Of a DNA stretch of 64,000 nucleotides, positions 1 to 13,209 are shown piece after piece (position 1 is the stretch's first letter; every line of letters begins with the position of its first letter). The DNA comes from Callorhinchus milii. Its lineage: Eukaryota. The notes beneath the pieces were generated by a model. That model saw nothing but the letters and a program-made list of their open reading frames with translations, was not told the origin of the DNA and searched no databases. The stretch covers positions 110,300,001 to 110,364,000 of the forward strand of contig NW_024704742.1 in NCBI RefSeq assembly GCF_018977255.1, in the 5' to 3' direction. The position numbers were made by a program, and so were the translations under genes.

Positions 1-39
1 CAGCCTTCTAATCTTTAATCCTATTTGTGAGTTTTCCAG

Positions 40-205
40 TTTAAATGAATGCCCTTTAGTTCTGCTCTTACTATCCATATCAAATAGCCTGCTTTATACA
101 TAAGATATAAATTTAGGCTTTCATTATTTTAAAGACCTGGATCATGTTCCCCTCTTCATCTTTTTGAAAGAGACCAAGTTCAGCTCTATGGGTTTCTCCA
201 TCCTG
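40..205 (-). mobile_element. Degenerate CR1 LINE fragment (ORF2 3' region)
   Basis: Resembles the reverse complement of the CR1 ORF2 end seen at 48168 (ttttaaagacctggatcatgttcccct vs ttttaaagacctctatcaggtcacccc). Confidence 0.45.
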
Positions 206-510
206 GACAAGTTAAAACATAAACTGAAAGCCATCCCTGTGTACCAGTGGCTCCATCAGCAGTGCCAGTCCAGTTGGAGATAAACGATTGACCTACTGTG
301 TCGCCAGTTTGAAAAGGGATGGACCCCAAACTAAAGTTATCAAGTTTAGATCCAGACATCTTGTAGTTTTCAACTGTACAAATAAGGGTGAAGTTTCAAC
401 TGAGACTATGTTTGCCATTGAACCAACTAAAATGTCAAGTAAGTACATTAGTATTGTAATTCACTGAGTACCTGTTTTGGATGTCAATGCATAATTATGC
501 TAATTATCAA

Positions 511-743
511 AAGAGCAAAGGGAGAGGTTGGGAGATTTTTTTTGCAATAGATGGCTGTTTGGACATGGATTGTCCTTCCTGGAAGAGGATTGGAGGCAGA
601 GTCCATATTAGCTTCTAAAAGCAAATTGGATAAATATTTGAAAAAGGTGTCGGGAAAAGGCAGGAGAGTGGGACTAAATAGAAAGCTGTTTCAGATACCC
701 AGCTCAGGTAGTTGGATCCAATGGCCGTCTTCTGGTTTGTATG
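511..743 (+). mobile_element. CR1 LINE 3' end, degenerate
   Basis: CR1 C-terminal and 3'UTR motifs (ttggataaatatttgaaa...gggaaaaggcaggagagtggga...aatggcc), collinear with the copies at 38540 and 48168. Confidence 0.7.
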
Positions 744-802
744 AACAACAACAACAACTTACATATATATAGTGTGCTTCATGCAGAGAGTGTCTCGGAT
801 AC
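744..802 (-). mobile_element. L2 3' tail fragment
   Basis: (AAC)n followed by ttacatatatatagtg, the reverse complement of the L2 terminus. Confidence 0.55.
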
Positions 803-1988
803 TGAACAATGGTACAGTCTGATGCAGAGCCAGGCAGAAAGAGGAAATGACTGGGTCAAAGAGGAAAGACTATCTGCTATTTACTCTTAAAGTGAAGAAT
901 CAGGTTGGTTTATGGACTCCATACAATACTCATGTCCAACAGATTAAGTTAGTTGTGAGATAAAAGTTGACACAATCCTCATGCAGTTTATCCTGAGCTA
1001 CTTGTCAAGTTTAGATTGTTACCTGAACTATGTGCTCATTTGACAGACATTATTAATACAATACAATATTACATATGCATAGCACCCTTCATGTCGGGAG
1101 GACATGAAGCCTACAATAGAAGTCTTAAATACTTGTCCATATATTTTACAGAATGAAAATTCATAAAAATTCTTTGACTTCCAGGACTAAACTCGTACTT
1201 TCTATTTAAATGGCTGCATTCAAAGTCTTTACTGTAATTATTTAGAAACTATACTTAATGTTTAACTGAACTGGGAGNTTTTTCCTTTTTAATCTTGCCA
1301 CTCTATGTCAAGCACATTTTTGTATTTGCCAGTGTTTTCATGGAAACGTTTCAAGAAACACTAATAGACGATAACATATTTTGTCGGAGAACACTTTAGA
1401 GCTTAACTCAGTGGTAATTTCTACTTAGTGCTAGAGCTCCGTAATGATTTTCAGGATTTAGTAAAAGCCCATTTTGAATCTGTAGTGCGGTTTAATACTC
1501 CTTCTGTGACATACCTTACTGCCAAATGTACTAACTACTTACCTGGCATCACAATTTAACATGGACAGTAAATGTTTCCATCTGGCCTGCCTATTTTATA
1601 CACATTTATTTGTTGAACACCGCTTGGATGTTTGGAAAGGTTTTTGTGCAAGTGTCCCGAGGGTAATCAAATTAATATAATACCATTCAAAAATGAGCCT
1701 CTAACTCTTCAGAGTACTTATAGTGATTTATGTGAGATCTGTAAATTGTAGAAGGAACAATATATATATTGCCTTAGAAAAACATTTTGTGACGTGGTTT
1801 TTACTATGTTCTTTCAACCATATGATGGCTATCAAAATCCTCCCGGTACAGAGTTGTATGTTTTGGTTGAGAGCTTAAAGTCTGGTTAATGTTTCATGAC
1901 ACCTGGTATCATAGATTGCCTACTTCCTGTGAACCAAGCAGCTTTGTCACGTTCAGCAAAATCAGGTAAACATGCCAGAAGTGTAAAG

Positions 1989-2280
1989 AATAATAATAAT
2001 CCTTGCATTTGGTATAGCATCTTATCACATCATTGAGTCATCTCAAAGCGCTTCACAGGATATACTGTAAGTGGATTAACTGTGTATTTTGTGGGTGAAT
2101 GCAGCAGCCAGTTTCCGATAGCAATGTCCCACAAGCAGCCATGCAGTGATCAATTTTTTTTATTTGGGGAATTGTTGGCCAGGACACCGGGAGGAACTCC
2201 CTTCTCTTTTTGAATAGTGCCATGGGATCTTTAACATTCATCTGAACAGGGAAACGTACCTCAGTTTAACATCTCAACTA
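1989..2280 (-). mobile_element. S2: Deu-domain SINE (SacSINE1-like), 5' truncated
   Basis: Reverse complement reads gagatgttaaactgagg...ttaaagatcccatggcactattcaaaaagagaagggagttcctcccggtgtcctggccaa (Deu domain), then an L2-type tail and (ATT)n. Confidence 0.85.
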
Positions 2281-3155
2281 AAGCACGTGAGAATGGGGAC
2301 CATAGCATAGCTCCTTTAATCTGCATCATTTACAAAGATGCACAACACGTAATGTATGAAATGTAGAATGATGTACTGTACATAGATTTGAATACATGAC
2401 TTCAATCGTTAAGTAACATGATGTGAGTTTCTAAACAAGTTAATTATCTGTTCACAATAGTCTACCTGAAAATAAAAAGTGCCTGGACCGTTTTTAATTC
2501 TCATTGTTCAAGCTGAAGAAATCTAGACATAATTCCATTAATGCCTGAAAGAACTCTACGGGTAAGATTTTGGTTCACACTCAATTGTTTATGAAGAGGA
2601 GATTACATGTGAATTATATTGTAAAAATTCCAGGTGTGCTGCTGCTGTAACTAACGTGTGGATTTTCGCAGGTTTTATATCAACTAATTGCTACAAAGAA
2701 TGTTCTCAAAGGTCCTGCTGCAGTTACTCTTTCATTTGTTCAAATCTTCACCGATCAACTCTGAGAAAGCTCCAGGCACAGTGAGATATCTTGGCCTGTT
2801 TTCAATCCTTTGTTGAAAGAAGCCTGAGTGGAAACTTGAACAACTATTGTATTTGAGCTGCCATATTTAAAGTCACTAGAGTGTTTGCTGATTCAATAGA
2901 ATTAAGTGCCATATTTCAGTTTAAGTATTTATTCTGTTTAGACTCTTTATCTAGTTTATACAACGTGTGGTCTAGGAAGTGTGGAACTATTTTTCATATC
3001 CACAAATTTTCAATGAATCCAAGTTAATTATAATATTATATTCTAAATATCTGGCAAAAATAGATTCGGTCAGGGCAAGCATTTAGTTATGTTAGAACAC
3101 CACACACATCTTGTAAGAGGAGATATTAGTTCATGACAGTTTTATTATGAGTGTT

Positions 3156-3352
3156 CAATGCTTTGGGACGTCCTCCTAATGTGAAAGGCACTATACAAAT
3201 GTAACTTTGTATTGTATTGTATCTAGTTATCATTTGCACAGAAAAATAGTAATAATAATCCTTGCAATAGATGTAGCACCTTCAAGAGAACATGTCAAAG
3301 CACTTCACAGCATTTACTATAAAGTGTAGTGACTGTGTATTTTGCAGGCGAA
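3156..3352. mobile_element. Two SINE/L2 tail fragments facing tail-to-tail (3156-3222 +, 3246-3352 -)
   Basis: gctttgggacgtcctcctaatgtgaaaggcactata on +; aataataatccttgca...aaagcacttcacag is a minus-strand tail. Confidence 0.65.
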
Positions 3353-3727
3353 AAGGAGTAAATAATATCTACTAAAGTACGCTATTATTTGAATTACAAC
3401 TAAATTAGATACAACAAATCAAACTGTATTAATTTTTAATTCTGGACTCACATGGCCCTGAAGCTTGTAACATATGACAAAGAGTGAGTGTGAATTTGAG
3501 TGAATGCAACTATTACGAGGAAGCCTATTTTGATTCCATGATTTCACTGTTAATTGTTTCTCCATTTAATGATAGGTTAGTTTTGGACATACTGTCTAAG
3601 GCTGAAATTGTAGGCATTTCAGAACCTGCTTGATGTGATAAATATCACATTGAACAGGTTATGAATCACTGCTAGGTCCATAGTGTTTGATAATTAACAC
3701 CAAGCTGAGTAATCGCCCACCTCCACC

Positions 3728-4790
3728 ACAACAACGAAATTACATTTTAAAAGCGCCTTTCACATCCGGAGGATGTCCCAAGGTGCTGGACAGTCAGGGG
3801 TCAGGACCCGAGCATGGAGGAGGGGTAGGTAGGGGTGAGGGAAGGCAGAGAGGTGGAAGGGCGACTGAAGGCACAGTCGAAGAAGAGGGTCTTGAGACCG
3901 GCCTTGAAGGAGGCAAGGGAGGAAGCAAGGTGAAGGGACTGTGGGATGGAGTTCCAGAGTGTGGGGGCAGAGAGGATGAAAGCCCGGCCATCGATGGTAG
4001 GGAGGGTCGGGCGGGAGACATGGAGCAGGCCGGAGCCCGCTGAACGGAGGCAGCGGGCAGGTTGGTAGGGAGTCAGCAGGTCAGAGAGGTAGGAGGGGGC
4101 AAGGCCATCGATGGCCTTGAAAGTGAGGATGAGGATCTTAAATTCGATCCTCTGGGGGATGGGGAGCCAGTGGAGTCGGGCGAGGTTAGGAGTGATGGGG
4201 TCATGGAGCCTGGTGTATGAGAGTACACGAGCTGCAGTTTTGGATGATCTGCAGCTTGTGAAGGAAAGAGTTGGGATAGCCGATGAGGAGAGAGTTTCCA
4301 TAATCGAGCCTTAATGTGACGAATGTGTGGGTGAGGGTTTCAGCAGCCTGAGGGGTGGAGTCTGGCAATGTTGCAGAGGTGGTGTAGGCAGTGGTGGTAG
4401 GCAGTACCAGTCATGGCGCGGATGTGGGGGAGAAAGGACAGTTCAGGGTCAAACAAGACACCCAGGTTCCTGACTGGCTTAGTGAGTTGAGTGTGGAGGC
4501 TGATACTGCCAGCGCCAGAGGTGCGGAGGCGCTAACGCGAGCCAATCAGGAGGGCCTTGGTCTTGCTGACATTCAGTTGGAGAAAGTTGTACCTTGACCA
4601 ATACTTGATGTCGGACAGGCAGTCGGTCAGGATGCCAATAGTCCTGGATTGGGGGTGGAGGCAGAGAGATAGAATTGGGTGTCATCCGCATACATGTGGA
4701 AATTTACCCCATGTCTGTGAATGATGTCACCGAGGGGAGCATGTAGAAGGTGAAGAGGAGGGGACTGAGGACAGAGCCCTGAATTACACT
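3728..4790 (-). mobile_element. L2 LINE, 5' truncated (RT domain to 3' tail), frameshifted
   Basis: Translations QGSVLSPLLF, (Y)ADDTQ (gtcatccgcata) and ARLHWLPIPQRIEFKILILTFKA...LWNSIP...FKAGLKTLFF are typical of L2 ORF2; ends in a hairpin plus (GTT)n. Confidence 0.95.
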
Positions 4791-5266
4791 CTTGAAGGTC
4801 CTCTGTTTGCAGTCCACTTCTGCAATAGATAATTTCGGGTTGGTGAGGGTGGGGGTCGGAGGGGAGGTGGTGATTATTATCATGGTGTTCATTGGCTGTG
4901 TTTCATAATCCAATGTGATACTTATTAAATCATATGGGTTATGCCAAAATGCTAATTTCACCCCATCGTGGGCAACAATCCCATGATCAGACAGAGACCC
5001 TCACTAATCAGTTAACGCTATCATCTATATCAGCCACATAGTGCTTTAATCATTTCATGCAAAAGAATCATTTAGGGGGAATCTCCAAGATTTGACATCT
5101 AACTGGACCCTGGTGGTAGAATCAGGTAGTGCTGTTTTCATTAAAAAAATTAACCTTTTGAACAGTCTCAAGGCCTTTACAGTTCAGTTTGCAATTTAAC
5201 TTTCAATGCTTATAGAGTTGAAGACAATTCGGTAGAATTAATAGTCCTGAGTAAAGCATCCAAAGT

Positions 5267-5437
5267 TAAAATTAGGATCATGCAGAATTGTGAAAAATTC
5301 TTAAATTAGGTCTTAATTTGAAAGGCGGTCCTTTATAAGAAATGTAGATGGAATTTAAGAATTTATGTAATTCTGTGCAATCTTAATTTTTTAAGACAAA
5401 ATAGTCTTACAGGTGAGGATTAGGTAGAATTTCAGAC
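5267..5437. repeat. AT-rich palindromic (MITE-like) element, family P
   Basis: Left arm ttaaaattaggatcatgcagaattgtgaaaaattcttaaatt pairs imperfectly with right arm aatttaagaatttatgtaattctgtgcaatcttaatttttt; related to the copies at 13210, 32918, 44594, 44879 and 55638. Confidence 0.65.
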
Positions 5438-6530
5438 CAACTACAGGTCAGCAACTCAAATGTTCTTTATTTTACTGAACAATTCAGCCTCAATCCTTAG
5501 CATTACTGCCTGACATATGTGTTCTTCATTCCTCACAGAGCTGTGATTTATTAGTTCAGTCCCAAATCTAGGCCAGTTTCTGAGTGTGAACTCATTACCT
5601 GTGGGACCCTGTTTGCACTTGCAATGTTATATTGGTTTAAAACCAGAATACTTGCAATGCTATGTAAGATTGTGAATGTAAACTCATGCAATCTTGAAAT
5701 ACCATTCTTGAGGCTGCATAATGCTTTTGTCATCTACTCGGACCATTGATGCTAATAAAATGCACTGATAGAAATGTACATGTCACTGTAATCAGAATCA
5801 GGATTCATGACTGCCGCTTGCTACATATTTTAAAGCGGCTTCTTTTATCTATATTACAGTACTTTGCAAATGGAATGAATGGAAAATAGGAATTTAAAGC
5901 ACGGACGAATGCTCTTCGGCCCTTTTTACAGGATGAGAAAGCATTTGCTGTACAATTGGAGTTTGAATGGAAAGAGTGAAGCAGGAAGCATAACGTTTTG
6001 AATCAAACAGCTTCAGGGCATGAGGTAAATAGATTTCATGTGTAATTGTTTGTAGTATTTCGGGCCCATGCCACAATTGTAAAACTTTATCTTAGTAAAG
6101 CTACAAAAATCCAGTTCATCAATGGGATTTGTAGGAGTCAACATTACCCTCAACCCCACAAACTAAAGCCCCCACTGGTAGGTCAGTCCTAACTGGAGAA
6201 GTAATGTGAAATGTAACACTGCTGAGCTGCAAGGTTATAAAGAAGTAATGGTTCAGCAACAGCACCCTTGATTGATTGTACATTTGTTTGTATTTTCTGA
6301 AGCCTTTCTATATGCCAATTGATATGTAGGACACAGCAGATGCAACAATTGAAAGTTAAACATTGTATTGATTCCCATTCATGTCTATCATGAAACATTA
6401 ATGTCTTTCTTAGGAACTGACATTTTCCGCGTGATTAGGAGTTGCAATTGATGCTGGGATGTACTGCAGCAAAGGCAGGAAGTTTTAAGGTTTTGTTAAA
6501 AAATATTCAGTTATTTTTATGTATATTAGG

Positions 6531-6633
6531 CAGACAGTGTACTTTACAGTAAATCCTGTGAAGCACTTTGAAAAGTCCTCCAAATGTGTAAGGCGCTATA
6601 TCAAATGCCACGATTGTTATCATTATGATTATT
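6531..6633 (+). mobile_element. SINE 3' fragment (S2-type tail)
   Basis: actttacagtaaatcctgtgaagcactttg...aaggcgctatatcaaatgc. Confidence 0.7.
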
Positions 6634-7170
6634 TTTCAACTTCAGAAGGAATCTTTTATTATCAAAACTAATTCTTGCCAACTTCAGATTATCACATATC
6701 TCATCCAAATATAATTCTGATCAAGCGTAAAATTCTAATTTACCAAACTATTTCTCATTCACTCTTATTACACTGAATTTTTGCTACAAGCATAACTATT
6801 GAATACACAATCCTGAGCTGAGTTTACAATAGTCAGTGATTATCTGTTTCTGTAATGCTCAGCAGCTAAATATAGTCAACACATTGCCAATTGCCATCTA
6901 CAAGCAGCAGCACATTTCTGAAATCTAATCACTTTATGTAAAGTATATGTTTCTGTTAAGGGTTTTTTGTGTTTGTTTGGACTGAATTGCTGAATGAACG
7001 ATTAAATGGGCTGTTGTATGCTGAGCTGCAAATTGCCTGTTTCAACTGCAGTTTACAGAAACTCTGATCCAAGTAGAAATGTATTGGCAAAGTATCTTCC
7101 CATTTCTCACAATTCAAATTTATGTAAAAATGTGGTCCGTCATATCACTAATTCTGAGCATTCTGAGCAT

Positions 7171-7693
7171 AACAACAACAACAAGATTACATTTGTATAG
7201 CGCTTTTCATGTCGGGACAAGGTGCTGGACAATGTACAGCATTTCAGACCCGAGCTGGGGTCAGGGAGGGAGAAGGGAGGGGAGGGGAAGGGGGGTGACC
7301 GATGGCATGGTCGAAGAGGAGGGTTTTGAGGCGGGACTTGAAGGAGGCTAAGGAGGGGGCGAGGCGGAGTGATTGGGGGATGGAATTCCAGAGGTTGGGG
7401 GCAGAGTGGCTGAAGAGTCTCCCACCAATGGTGGGGCGGGTGGATCAGGGGACGTGGAGCAGGCCGGGGCCAGCTGAGTGGAGGGAGCGGGCTGGTTGGT
7501 AGGGGGTTAGGAGGTCCCAGAGGTAGGGTGAGGCGAGCCCATGGAGAGCTTTGTAAGTGAGGATCAGGATCTTGAACTGGATCCTTTGAAGGATAGGGAG
7601 CCAATGGAGTTAGGGGAGAATGGGGGAGATGGGGTCGCAGAGTTTGGTGTGGGAGAGGACACGGCCTGCAGAGTTCTGGATTATCTGAAGCCT
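7171..7693 (-). mobile_element. L2 LINE 3' fragment
   Basis: (AAC)n tail; body collinear with the 3728-4790 and 62177-62985 L2 copies. Confidence 0.9.
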
Positions 7694-7999
7694 GGTGGAG
7701 ATAATAACATATTTCTCAAAATGCTGTGAATGCAGTGTGAATATCCACAGCAGCTTGATACTGTGATGGTGGTGGTGAGTAGGGAAGGAAGTAGGGATGG
7801 TAAGAGGGTGTGAGTTCTGGTAAGACTGGATGCGTCAAAGAGCCTTCATCTAAACCAATCTCAAGATCTTGTGAACTATAGTCCAAGTGAAGGGACAGAG
7901 ACCACCTGTCAGCCACCTTGGAAGCTCTGTGAACATCCAGGAACATTTCAAACCATCCCGCTAATTTGGCTTTAGGAGGTTGTTTATTGCCTTTAATGG

Positions 8000-8922
8000 G
8001 TATTGTCACAAGAGTATTGAAATATAAAAGCAAGGAAATACCACTGCAGTTAACAGTGCCAGTCAAATCTTTAGTTCAGTTTTGGTGAAAATCTAGAAGG
8101 AACTAAAAAGTATACACTGGCCTTGGAGGACGTCCAGTAATGATTCACCGGAACGATACCTGGGATGAAAGGGATGTGATAATGAAAGGATGGGTAAGCT
8201 TGTATTATACAAATATCATACTTCCTAGATTTGAGAAGATTCAGTGATAATCTGATTTAAATGCTCAAAATAATAAAAATGAATTGATAAACGATTCTTT
8301 CCCCAGGTTGGAAAATAATAATCCTTGCATTTGATATAGCGCTTTCACGTCGGGAGGACGTCCCAAAGCGCTTCACAGAACACACTGTAAAATGAATTGA
8401 CTGTATATTTGTGGGCGAACGCAGCAGCCAATTGCGCACAGCAATGTCCCACAAACAGTCGTAGATTGAAAATGACCAATTTGTTATTGTTTTTGGTTTT
8501 GGAGGGATTATTATTAGGTGAGTGGAGTAAGGAAACTTGCCCAAGGTTTTGCCCTGCCTGGAATTGAACTCAGGTCTCTCGCTTGCAAAGCGAGTGCTCT
8601 AACTACTGAGCTACAGGACTCCACAAAATCTAGAATAAGGAAAAATAACATTAAATTAGATCTAAGCTGGTTAAAAAGAAACCCAGGAAACATTTATTCA
8701 CGGCGGACTGTGAGACTGTATGGAATGGACTTCTCCAGAAGGCCATAGATGCAGAACCAATTGAGGTGTTTCAAAGCAAGATAGATAGGTACTTGGGAAA
8801 GCAAGGGTATTACGGGATATGAAGAAAAGGCAGGGAAATGGGATTAAAAAGATAAAGAGCTGCCATGAATTAATAAAATGGCTGAGCAGACCTGACAGCC
8901 TGAATGGCCTGTTCCTGTGTTC
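8000..8922 (+). mobile_element. Old CR1 3' fragment, split by the S1 SINE at 8313-8621
   Basis: CR1 ORF2 remnants (gagtattgaatataaaagcaaggaa; gccttggaggacgtccag...gattcacc) resume after the SINE and end in ctgaatggcctgttcctgtgttcc. Confidence 0.75.
8313..8621 (-). mobile_element. S1 tRNA-derived SINE, full length, subfamily A
   Basis: Head GAGTCCTGTAGCTCAGTAGTTAGAGC (A box) ... GAGTTCAATTCC (B box), 3' hairpin and (ATT)n; close to 95% identical by eye to 49370-49686. Confidence 0.95.
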
Positions 8923-9849
8923 CAAAAGACAATTCCACAGTCCCTTTAAGAGAACACTGCAGAATGTGTGGGGAGTGAATTGGGACCGGAGCTCCTTTTA
9001 AACAAACATCCCCATTAATAAGTCTCTATTGCACAGCAATGCTTCCAGAACAGTCAAAATATCATAAAAAATCAAGCCTGTTACAAAAGTTATCCAACAA
9101 CCTCCTTAGAAAATGACAGTAGCAAATAGCCATTAGTTAAAGTTGTGTATACATATTTCAATGTGCTGAAACACAATTGGTTGATTCATTAATCAATGTG
9201 ATAGAGATCAGGCCCATGGTGAAAAGATACATCATTACACTCGCGGTTTGGAATGCATTTCATTTTAGCCAGTGATTATTGATGAGTTAATTCCACTAGT
9301 GCATGTACATGTCAGGTCTGTGGCTTTATGTTATAACATCAAAGCAACACACAAGTTTTCTTTTTATCTCATGGAGTAAAAGTTTTGGAATTTGGTACAA
9401 CACAGTTTGATTTCTGGAGAAATAAAAAAAGCGGGTGGCGGGGGACGGGCATGATGATGACAGTGGGGATGCTCAATAAATGATAGGTGGGCGGGAGTGG
9501 CTGGTTGGTTGAAGATCTGAAATACAAACAGGAAAAGCTGAAATACAGACAGGTCAGTTCCTGACAATGTGCTTGTTGGGGGCAGAGGGGGAGGGACATT
9601 TTGTAACAGTTGATCTCTTTATTGTGCAGTTGCTGCATCTTCTGTTTATGATCACACGTAAATTAGTCTAATTTGCAATATTCTTTAACAAGGAATCAGT
9701 AGAAGCAATGCTCTGACGCAAACTACCTTAGAACAACATTCCTGATAGACGATGGGAATTTAAACAAAATTCCATGTTAAAGAATCCTATTAATACAGTA
9801 ATAATACAGTATATCAATTAGACCCTGAGGATACATCAGCTTATTTGAT

Positions 9850-10579
9850 GTTGTTGACCTGGACCCTAACCCTCAACTATCCTTTCTACCCCACATCTGT
9901 GCCATGACCCGCTCTGCGTTCCCCCACCTCCGCAACATTGCCTGGCTCTGCCACTGTCTCACACCGCAGGCTGCCGAGACCCTCATACACACATTCATAA
10001 CATCCAAGCTTGACTATGCAAACTCCCTGCTTGTCGGCCTCCCCAACTCCACCCTCCATAGGCTGCAAATCATCCAGAACTCTGCAGCCCGTGTCCTCTC
10101 CCCCACCAGGCTCTATGACCCTATCACCCCCATCCTTGCCTGACTCCACTGGCTTCCCATCACACAGGGGATACAGTTCAAGACCCTCGTCCTCACCTTC
10201 AAGAACCTTCATGGCTTCACTCCCCCCAACTCTGCGACCTCCTAACGCCTTAGCAACCTGCACACTCTCTCCGCTCAGTGAGCTCCGGCTTGCTTTACGT
10301 CCCCCACCTCGCCCGCCCCACCATTGGTGACTGGGCCTTCAGCCACTCTGCCCCAACCCTCTGAAACTCCACCCTGCAGTCCCTCCATTGCCTCCTTCAA
10401 GACCCATCTCACGACCCTCCTCTTTGACTGTGCCTTTGATCACCCTCCTTCCCTCCCTGCCTTCCACCCTCCCCAATCCCAACTCCCAGTTTGGGTTTGA
10501 AACACTAATTTTCCAGCGCCTTGGAATGTCCTCCCGAAGTGAAAAGCGCTATACACATGTACTTTTGTTGCTGTTGTTG
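9850..10579 (+). mobile_element. L2 LINE 3' fragment
   Basis: ORF HLRNIA...AETLIHTFITSKLDYANSLLVGLPNSTLHRLQIIQNSAARVL; tail gaaaagcgctata...ttgttgctgttgttg. Confidence 0.95.
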
Positions 10580-10942
10580 GAGTAAGGAGTTGTTGACTGG
10601 ATGCTGCTTTTTTTTAAGTACTTGATGAATATTTCTTGTTATTGGGCACATCATTTGTACGGACATTTATTTAAGAGAAGACTTGCTGATGCACCACTTC
10701 ATTTCTAGGTAAAATATCTGTGGGGAAACTCTCTCTGCATCACATGTGATTTTAAAGCAATTACTCCTGACGCATCTCAATGGATTTAAAGTAGCAGATA
10801 CCACATGGTATGGTGAATTTGGTCTCAGTGTGTTGTGACATTTGTAAAATGATTGGAACCAGCCATATAGAAGAAACAGGCCTCAAACCATGAGTTGTGT
10901 TAATGCTCTATCATGCACTCCATGATGCAACTTTTTTTCATT

Positions 10943-11188
10943 TAATAATCCTTGTTTAATATAACTCCTTATAATGACAATGAAACACCTCAAAGTGCTT
11001 CATATAATGTATATATAGTATACTGTAAAGTGAAGTGACCATGTAAACCACTGCTGTGCGCAATTGGCTGCCGCATTTCACAGACAAAACATACAGTCCA
11101 GTCACTTTACAGTATATTCTGTGAAGCGTTTTGAGACGTTTCGAAGACATGATAATGCACTATATCACATGCAGCAATTATTATTATT
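10943..11188. mobile_element. Inverted pair of SINE 3' fragments (10943-11046 -, 11048-11188 +)
   Basis: tatactgtaaagtga and tcactttacagtata are reverse complements; the tails point outward. Confidence 0.7.
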
Positions 11189-11946
11189 AAATACAATACA
11201 GTACAATTTAAATTTATGTAGCATCAGGAGGATGGCTTGAGGCACTTTACACACCTGGTTGGGCACCTGAGCTGGTGGTGGAAGCTATAGAGAGGGGGGC
11301 TGGTGAGAAAGATTCCCGAAAGCAAATAAATATGGGTGAGGTTTTTGTTAGAATACTAAACTGGCAGATGCATACTGTATGTTAAGATGAGATGATACCG
11401 TGCTGACATGGAGCATGAAATATCAGTGTGGTTACAGGGAGACAGTAGGATACTTTAGTAATCAGGGCTGAAAGAAGCAGCGATGAAAAGGAAATCAAAT
11501 ACTGATGTAGGTATGGAATAGATAGGAGAAGGTGCATCAAACCACATAAAGACTGTCAGAGCCAGTGGAAGGAGTGGATTGAATGGAGAAAGAACCTTGT
11601 CGTAGGGGTATTCTAGAGAAGATAAGATTCTAGATAAATCTATATAATACAGGTATTCTTATACATCATTCAACGCTTAAACATTATGTATCAGCTAGTA
11701 GACAACCTATACAGCATGTTGACATTCTGAACTTTTGTGCTACAAAGTTCATAGGACATGGGTTGTATCTACAATTCTGTAGAGCATTGACAGAAGATGT
11801 AGAGTGGAGTTGAAGTGAGAAATGAAGAGAAATGAGAATGATTCTCTGCACAATCCTTTTGGCTACCCTTAGCAATTGATTCAGAAGCCCAGGAGCTTGT
11901 CACTTGCTTTTCCAGGGAGGAATGCTGTGTCGTACAGTGAGCGAGA

Positions 11947-12335
11947 AATAATAATAATAAATATCCTTCCTTTGAAATAGCGCTGTATCAATTTGTCAAA
12001 GCACTTCACAGGATTTTACTATAAAGTATAGTGACTGTATTTGTAGCCAAACGCAGTAGTCAATTGTGCACAAACATGTGACCAATTACCAAGCCAGAAT
12101 GACCAATTATTTTTATCTGGGGGATTTTTGGCCAAGACACCAGGATAAATTCTCTTTTCTTTTGAATATTGCCATGGGATCTTTAATGTCCACCTGAAAA
12201 GGCAGGTGGACAATGCAATACTCCCCCAATACAACCTTGGAGTGTCAGCCTAGACTATGAGTTAAAAATCCCAATGTGGGGCTTGAACCCCCAAACTTGT
12301 GACTCAGAAGTGAGAGTGCTACCAACTGATGACAC
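11947..12335 (-). mobile_element. S2 Deu-domain SINE, near full length
   Basis: tRNA-like head (tcagttggtagcactctcac...gggttcaagcccc), Deu domain (ttaaagatcccatggca), (ATT)n tail. Confidence 0.85.
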
Positions 12336-13209
12336 TCGTAAATGAAGACAGAGTTAATGAAATCAGGAGGGGGATTAGAATTAACATAAGCAAACAATAG
12401 TTCTCAAATCATTTGTGTATTACTACTTTTCAGACGTAACCATAGACTTACAAGCTCAGGTAGAAATTCGATTTTTTTTTCCAATTGATTGTGGACAGGG
12501 GACAACTTTGACAGATTTACATGATTGCTACGTGTTTGTTGTGATTCCTGACAGTTCTATTTCAACTGTACACATAATACAAGCCTAGTAAGATGCCAAA
12601 AATGTAAAAGCCTTTCAAAATCGGAAATTACAAATAGAGATTTTGGTCAAACATTCAGTTCTGATGTAAATATTTTAGGAAGCAATTCTGTGAACTAGAA
12701 TCTTCTTCTTTCTATGTTTCCTGAAAACAATGTGCTTCTTTAACATTGAAAGGCTTTTACCATGACCGTTACGTTGAGAGCTTGATCATGTCCTTCATTT
12801 ATTAATGTCACACATATGCAGCATTTCATTTAGCAGTAAAAAGAAAGGTGACTGTCATGCACATTGATATATAGGCCAGGCCGTAAAGGAGGTACTTGGC
12901 TCAAACCTGAATCTAGAATTTTGCTAGTGAAATATTATCATTTATTTTTCTCAGGTCATAATTCATTCCTGATAAAATGTTATGGCTCATCATAAATAAT
13001 AAATCTTTTGGTGAAACTGCAAGTTAAGAAAAAAGTAATTTTTAATGATGTAAGTTCTGGTGTAAAGCTCACTGATTCTTATCCAAACCGTAGCTTAGTA
13101 CACAATGCGACTGAGTTTATACTTGAATCAATTGGGCACATAAAGTTATGGGAAATATTAAGCCTGGGTTTTGAGTGTATTTGACTATTTTTGTAACAGA
13201 TTCAATTCT

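Noticed and set aside
1543..1738. Minus-strand exon with canonical acceptor and CAG|GTAAGT donor
   Set aside because: Stops in all three frames; cannot be supported as coding.
2513..2561. Plus-strand mini-exon (ag...G|gtaaga)
   Set aside because: Stops in all frames and no other support.
3755..3785. Compensatory change in the L2 hairpin (ACATC/GATGT vs ACGTC/GACGT)
   Set aside because: Both changes are explained by CpG deamination, so they are not evidence of selection.
3801..4301. 166-aa ORF (also 36928-37380, 54617-55051, 62343-62939) as host genes
   Set aside because: All are C-terminal remnants of L2 ORF2 inside truncated elements. The overlapping Pro/Ser- or Gly/Glu-rich ORFs are alternative frames.
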